From an uncultured Actinomycetota bacterium (lineage in GTDB: Bacteria > Actinomycetota > Actinomycetes > Mycobacteriales > Jatrophihabitantaceae), in assembly GCA_963764485.1 (NCBI GenBank), contig CAVXSM010000002.1:18639-82638 (forward strand): a stretch of DNA of 64,000 nucleotides. Direction: 5' to 3'. Below, one piece after another: positions 59,676-64,000 of the stretch. A program made the translations under genes and the position numbers. The stretch's first letter is position 1. Each line of letters opens with the position of its first letter. The notes under the pieces were generated by a model. That model was given only the letters and a program-made list of their open reading frames with translations. It was not told the DNA's origin and ran no database searches.

Positions 59676-60743
59676 TCAACCGGCGACGGCGACCTTGTCG
59701 AGGAATTCAGCCACGTACTCCCAGGTGGTGCCCGCGGCCTCGGGGCCGGTGAGCACGCCGAGATGGCTGCCCGGCGCGGTCTCGAAGCGCAGTGAGCGCG
59801 CGCCGGTGAGCACGCCACCGGCGCGCTGGACGCAGGCGACCGGCGCGATGACGTCGGAGGTCCCGCCGACGACGAGTACGTCCTGGCGGACGTCGGCCAG
59901 GTGCAGCACCCGGCCGGCGCCGAGGTCGAGCACACCGTCGTTGAGCGAGTTGTTCTGCACGATGTGGTGATAGAGCTGGCCGTAGAGGCGACCCGGGTAG
60001 CCCGGCATCAGGCCGATGAAGCGGTCGACCGCCTCCATCCGGCCGAGGGTGTCGGCGTCGTGCAGGTTGCGCAGTACGAACCACGGCTTGGTGATCTCGC
60101 GCTGCAGCGCGGTGGCCTTGAAGCTCGCCCGCACCGCCCAGCTCGGCAGCCCGCCGGCGGCCCGGAACGCGGTCGACAGGACCCGCCCGCCGGTGATCCG
60201 CCCGATCGCCCGCAGAGGGGCGAGGTAGGGGATCTTGCTGTAGTCGATCGGTGTCCCGATCGCCGCGACTGAGCGCAGGGGGAGGTCGTCGTGCGCGGCG
60301 GCGGTCAGCAGGGTCAGCGTGCCGCCGAGGCTCCAGGTGACGACGTCGACCGGCCGGCCGCCGTGCCGGGCTGACACCCGGCGCAGGGTGGCCGGCAGGA
60401 TCCGGTCGATCCAGTCCTCGAAGCCCATCGCCCGGTCGGCGAAGGTGATCTCGCCGAAGTCGACGACGTACACCGGTCGGCCGGTGGCGACGAGGAACGC
60501 GGCCAGGCTCTGGTTTTCGCGCAGGTCGAAGCAGGTGACGTGCACGGCGAGTGGCGGGACGAGCAGTATCGGATCACCGGTGACGTCGACCGCTTCGTAG
60601 CGGCGCAGCACCGCGTGCGCCTCGTCGTGGACCACGCGCGACCGCGTCCGCACGTGCGGCTCGACCCCGCCGCCGAGGTAGTGCGACCACGCGTTGCCGG
60701 CGGCGTGCGTGGCGGTGTCGAGCAGCGACCGGGCAGCGGGCAT
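59676..60743 (-). CDS. PhaC-like alpha/beta hydrolase
   Basis: PILLVPPL, FDLR, YVVDFG, WSLGG, D.IAP, SHLG. Confidence 0.8.
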   Translation of the reverse strand: MPAARSLLDTATHAAGNAWSHYLGGGVEPHVRTRSRVVHDEAHAVLRRYEAVDVTGDPILLVPPLAVHVTCFDLRENQSLAAFLVATGRPVYVVDFGEITFADRAMGFEDWIDRILPATLRRVSARHGGRPVDVVTWSLGGTLTLLTAAAHDDLPLRSVAAIGTPIDYSKIPYLAPLRAIGRITGGRVLSTAFRAAGGLPSWAVRASFKATALQREITKPWFVLRNLHDADTLGRMEAVDRFIGLMPGYPGRLYGQLYHHIVQNNSLNDGVLDLGAGRVLHLADVRQDVLVVGGTSDVIAPVACVQRAGGVLTGARSLRFETAPGSHLGVLTGPEAAGTTWEYVAEFLDKVAVAG

Positions 60744-60820
60744 GCCGTCGATTAGGCCACGCGGGCCGCCGAATTCCGAAGCCGGCGACCGCAGATGTGA
60801 CCGTTCTGACCCCGCCCGCC

Positions 60821-60948
60821 CGCGAGTTGTCCGCGCCAAACGGGGCCATGGCGCCGGGTAGCGCGGACAACTCCAGGAAGATGCGCGAGTTGTCCGCGCC
60901 AAGCGGGGCCATGGCGCCGGGAAGCGCGGACAACTCCAGGAGGATGCG
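60821..60948. repeat. Two tandem 50-bp REP-like elements (63-bp period)
   Basis: GAGTTGTCCGCGC-N24-GCGCGGACAACTC at 60824-60873 and 60887-60936. Confidence 0.9.
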
Positions 60949-61908
60949 TCAGCTCTCGGGCGGGGTGAAGGTCGAGGTGCGCTTCATGCCGGCGGCCCGG
61001 CCTTTGGCCGAGATGACGAGCGCCATCTTGCGCGACGCCTCGTCGATCATCTCGTCGCCGAGCATCGCCGAACCCTTCGCGCCACCGGCCTCGGACGTGT
61101 AGTAGTCGTACGCGTCCAGGATCAGCTCGGCGTGGTCGTAGTCCTCCTGCGACGGCGCGTAGACCTCGTTGGCGATGCCGACCTGGTCCGGGTGCAGCAC
61201 CCACTTGCCGTCGAAACCGAGGGCGGCGCTGCGCGCGGCCACCCGGCGGTAGCCGCCGGAGTCGCGGATCTGCAGGTACGGGCCGTCGATGGCCTGCTTG
61301 TTGTTCGCCCGGGCCGCCATCAGGATCGACATCAGGATGTGGTGGTACGCATCGCCGACGTCGTAGCCAGGCGGCTGCTCGCCGACCACCAGGCTCTTCA
61401 TGTTGATGCTCGCCATGAAGTCGGCCGGGCCGAAGATCAGCGTCTCGACCCGCGGGCTGGCCTTGGCGATCGCGTCGATGGCGATGAGTCCCTGCGCGTT
61501 CTCGATCTGCGCCTCGATGCCGATCTTGCCGACCTCGTAGCCCATCGTCTTCTCGATCTGGGTGATCAGGATGTCGAGCGCGACGACCTGATCGGCGCTC
61601 TGCACCTTCGGCAGCATGATGCAGTCGAGGTTGGGTCCGGCGCCCTCGACCACCTCAACGACGTCACGGTAGGTCCAGTGGGTGGTCCAGTCGTTCACCC
61701 GGACGACGCGGATCTTGTCGCCCCAGCCGCCCTCGTTCAGCGCGGCCACGATGTTCTTGCGGGCGCCGGGCTTGGCCAGCGGCGCGCAGGCGTCCTCGAG
61801 GTCGAGGAAGACCTGGTCGGCGTTGAGACCCTTCGCCTTCTCGAGGAAGCGCGGGTTGCTGCCGGGGACGGCGAGACAGGAACGGCGGGGGCGCAGGGTT
61901 TCAGTCAC
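60949..61908 (-). CDS. CoA ester lyase (CitE/HpcH family)
   Basis: RPRRSCLAVPGS, FLDLEDA, VRVN, GPADF, GFDGKWVLHP. Confidence 0.92.
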   Translation of the reverse strand: MTETLRPRRSCLAVPGSNPRFLEKAKGLNADQVFLDLEDACAPLAKPGARKNIVAALNEGGWGDKIRVVRVNDWTTHWTYRDVVEVVEGAGPNLDCIMLPKVQSADQVVALDILITQIEKTMGYEVGKIGIEAQIENAQGLIAIDAIAKASPRVETLIFGPADFMASINMKSLVVGEQPPGYDVGDAYHHILMSILMAARANNKQAIDGPYLQIRDSGGYRRVAARSAALGFDGKWVLHPDQVGIANEVYAPSQEDYDHAELILDAYDYYTSEAGGAKGSAMLGDEMIDEASRKMALVISAKGRAAGMKRTSTFTPPES

Positions 61909-62067
61909 CACGGCAGCATGCCCACCGGCGGCGCCTACAGCCAAACCGGTGTCGGAGGATTCACACGGCGGCACGGCCGTTCGGACGAGGGCTGAGGCGC
62001 CCGGCATCCCCGGCAACCACGTCCGCGGCGACTAATCTGCTGAGGTGCGCACCACCCGGGGTACGAG

Positions 62068-63321
62068 ATGAGCACCGGGGCCCGGATCTTCCTCGCCCGG
62101 CTCGCCGGCATCGACGTTTTCGACCCCGGCGGCGATCAGCTCGGCAAGGTCCGCGATGCGGTGACGATGCTGCGGGTCGACCGGCAGCCGCCGCGGGTGT
62201 TCGGGCTCGTGATCGAGCTCGTGCACCGGCACCGGATCTTCGTGCCGATGGGGCGGGTGACCCGGATCGAGCCGGACCAGGTCGTGCTGTCCTCGGGCAC
62301 GGTGAACATGAAGCGCTTCGAGCGCCGCGCCAACGAGGTGCTCGTGCTCGCCGAGTTGCTCGACCGGACGGTCACGGTGCGCGAGACCGGAGCGCCGGCC
62401 AGCATCGTCGACGCCGCGATCGAGCCGAACCGCAACCGGGACTGGGTGATCAGCCGGCTGGCCGTCCGCACTCAGACCGGCCGGATCCGCCGGCGCGGCC
62501 AACTGTTCCAGGTCGAGTGGAACGAGGTCGACGGCCTCGGCCTCACCGAATCGCATCAGGGCACCGACGCGTTGCTCGCTATGTTCGCCGACCTGCGCCC
62601 GGCCGACGTCGCCGCCGCGCTGCAGGACATGACCGAGAAGCGCCGCATCGAGGTTGCGGCCGGTCTCGACGACGAGCGCCTCGCCGACGTGCTGCAGGAG
62701 ATGGACGAGGACGACCAGATCAACCTGCTGGGGTCACTCGCCGACGAGCGGGCCGCCGACGTGCTCGAGGCGATGGACGACGACGATGCCGCCGACCTGC
62801 TGGGCGAGATGCCGGCGGCCGACCAGGAGCGGCTGCTCGAGCTGATGGAGCCCGAAGAGGCCGCGCCGGTGCGGCGGCTGATGACCTACGCCGATTACAC
62901 CGCCGGCGGTCTGATGACGTCCGAGCCGGTGATCATGCTGCCGGACGCGACCGTCGCCGAGGCCCTGGCGCGGGTGCGCAATCCCGAACTCTCCCCCGCA
63001 ATAGCCGCGCAGGTCTACGTCGTGCGGCCGCCGCAGGCGACGCCCACCGGCCGGTTCCTCGGCACCGCGCACATCCAGCGGCTGCTGCGCGAGCCTCCGT
63101 CGGCCCTGGTCAGCGGAATCTGCGAGAGGGACACCGGCGGGCTGCGGCCGGATGCCTCGCTGGCCGAGGTGACCCGGCACCTCGCCACCTACAACCTCGT
63201 CGCGGCCCCGGTGGTCGACGATCACGACCGGCTGCTCGGCGCGGTGTCGGTCGACGACGTCCTCGACCACCTGCTGCCCGAGGGCTGGCGCGACGCCGAC
63301 CGGACCGAAGCCCATGGCTGA
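62068..63321 (+). CDS. MgtE N-terminal / CBS domain protein with PRC-like N-terminus
   Basis: LADVLQEM, DDAADLLGE, TAGGLMT, YNLVAAPVVD, GAVSVDDVLDHLLP. Confidence 0.88.
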   Translation: MSTGARIFLARLAGIDVFDPGGDQLGKVRDAVTMLRVDRQPPRVFGLVIELVHRHRIFVPMGRVTRIEPDQVVLSSGTVNMKRFERRANEVLVLAELLDRTVTVRETGAPASIVDAAIEPNRNRDWVISRLAVRTQTGRIRRRGQLFQVEWNEVDGLGLTESHQGTDALLAMFADLRPADVAAALQDMTEKRRIEVAAGLDDERLADVLQEMDEDDQINLLGSLADERAADVLEAMDDDDAADLLGEMPAADQERLLELMEPEEAAPVRRLMTYADYTAGGLMTSEPVIMLPDATVAEALARVRNPELSPAIAAQVYVVRPPQATPTGRFLGTAHIQRLLREPPSALVSGICERDTGGLRPDASLAEVTRHLATYNLVAAPVVDDHDRLLGAVSVDDVLDHLLPEGWRDADRTEAHG

Positions 63322-63802
63322 CCCGCGCCTGCGCCTGGATCAGCCGCGGGTCGAACGCCGCGGGCCTCGGTTCCGCTACGACGCCGAGGCCTTCGGCCGC
63401 TCCACCGAGCGCATCGCTCGCTTCCTCGGCACCGGGCGCTACCTGGTCTACCAGAGCGTGTTCATCCTCGTCTGGATCCTGATCAACGCGATCCCCGGCA
63501 TCGTCCACTTCGACCCGTACACGTTCACCTTCCTCACCCTGATCCTGTCGCTGCAGGCCGCCTACGCCGCGCCGCTGATCCTGCTGGCGCAGAACCGGCA
63601 GGACGATCGTGATCGCGTCAATCTGGAGGCCGACCGGGCCGAGGCGCGCGAGTCCAAGGCCGACCTGGACTATCTGGCCCGCGAGATCGCGGCGATCCGG
63701 ATGGCCCTGGGTGAGGTGGCTACCCGCGACTTCCTGCGCTCGGAACTGGCCCGGGCCGAGGCGAGCCGCGACCGGGACGTCGACGTCGTCGAGCACGACT
63801 GA
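63314..63802 (+). CDS. DUF1003 membrane protein
   Basis: FDPY.F.FLTLILSLQAAYAAPLILLAQNRQ. Confidence 0.9.
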   Translation: MADPRLRLDQPRVERRGPRFRYDAEAFGRSTERIARFLGTGRYLVYQSVFILVWILINAIPGIVHFDPYTFTFLTLILSLQAAYAAPLILLAQNRQDDRDRVNLEADRAEARESKADLDYLAREIAAIRMALGEVATRDFLRSELARAEASRDRDVDVVEHD

Positions 63803-63839
63803 CGCTCGGCGCCGGCCGCTTCGGGGCCCGTCGGGCCGT

Positions 63840-64000
63840 TCAGTCGATGAGGGGTCGGTGGCGTTCGTTGTAGCGGGGTTTCTGTTCGGGGTCGATCCAG
63901 CGCGGTGGGATCCACGCGGCCCGGCTAGTCCGCCTCCCCGAATCCTTTCTGTTGTTGTTCCCTTCCAGCGCCCCTGGGCGGACCGTTGTTGTTCCCGGCT
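63840..64000 (-). CDS. 3' fragment of a DUF222/HNH (13E12-repeat-like) gene, possibly a remnant
   Basis: Frame is open to the window edge and ends WIPPRWIDPEQKPRYNERHRPLID*. Confidence 0.5.
   Translation of the reverse strand, partial: PGTTTVRPGALEGNNNRKDSGRRTSRAAWIPPRWIDPEQKPRYNERHRPLID

Noticed and set aside
60821-60948. Mini-CRISPR, or N-terminal repeat of the 60902-start ORF
   Set aside because: Only two palindromic units, with a third dispersed copy at 23208; the hydrolase more plausibly starts at ATG 60743.

Overview
High-GC actinobacterial chromosomal window; the lineage is inferred from the gene set (SigC, DUF3817, Tad/Flp with a GDVPGW pilin, tmRNA tag ADSNRADFALAA, prfB without a programmed frameshift). 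(1) 1-8.3 kb is the right end of an island integrated at tRNA-Ala(GGC): excisionase, tyrosine integrase and arm-type repeats, with nuclease-rich cargo (HEPN-like, PD-(D/E)XK, a decayed PGN_0703-like nuclease). (2) 8.5-17.2 kb holds HU and a SigC/zf-HC2 copper operon (CopCD, YcnI, PCuAC, SCO, MauE-DsbA); this block is full of single-base indels that look like sequencing errors. (3) 17.2-42 kb is mostly housekeeping: tmRNA, smpB, ftsEX, an ABC-2 exporter, prfB, xth and a Tad pilus locus. (4) 42.3-56.7 kb is the most interesting part. A C39-like peptidase/lipoprotein pair precedes a compact putative cyclic-nucleotide signalling module: two paralogous secreted Ig-like proteins ending in the identical AGDPKFVG tail flank a double-cyclase STAND-TPR protein, followed by a stand-alone cNMP-binding protein, a single-domain receiver, a tandem double histidine kinase and a REC-cyclase-SARP fusion. 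(5) 56.7-64 kb has metabolic genes (ROK, acyl-CoA dehydrogenase, PhaC-like, CitE-like, MgtE-N/CBS, DUF1003). Several intergenic palindromic or tandem repeats are present; no CRISPR array or rRNA was seen. All family calls come from motif recognition by eye, not database searches.
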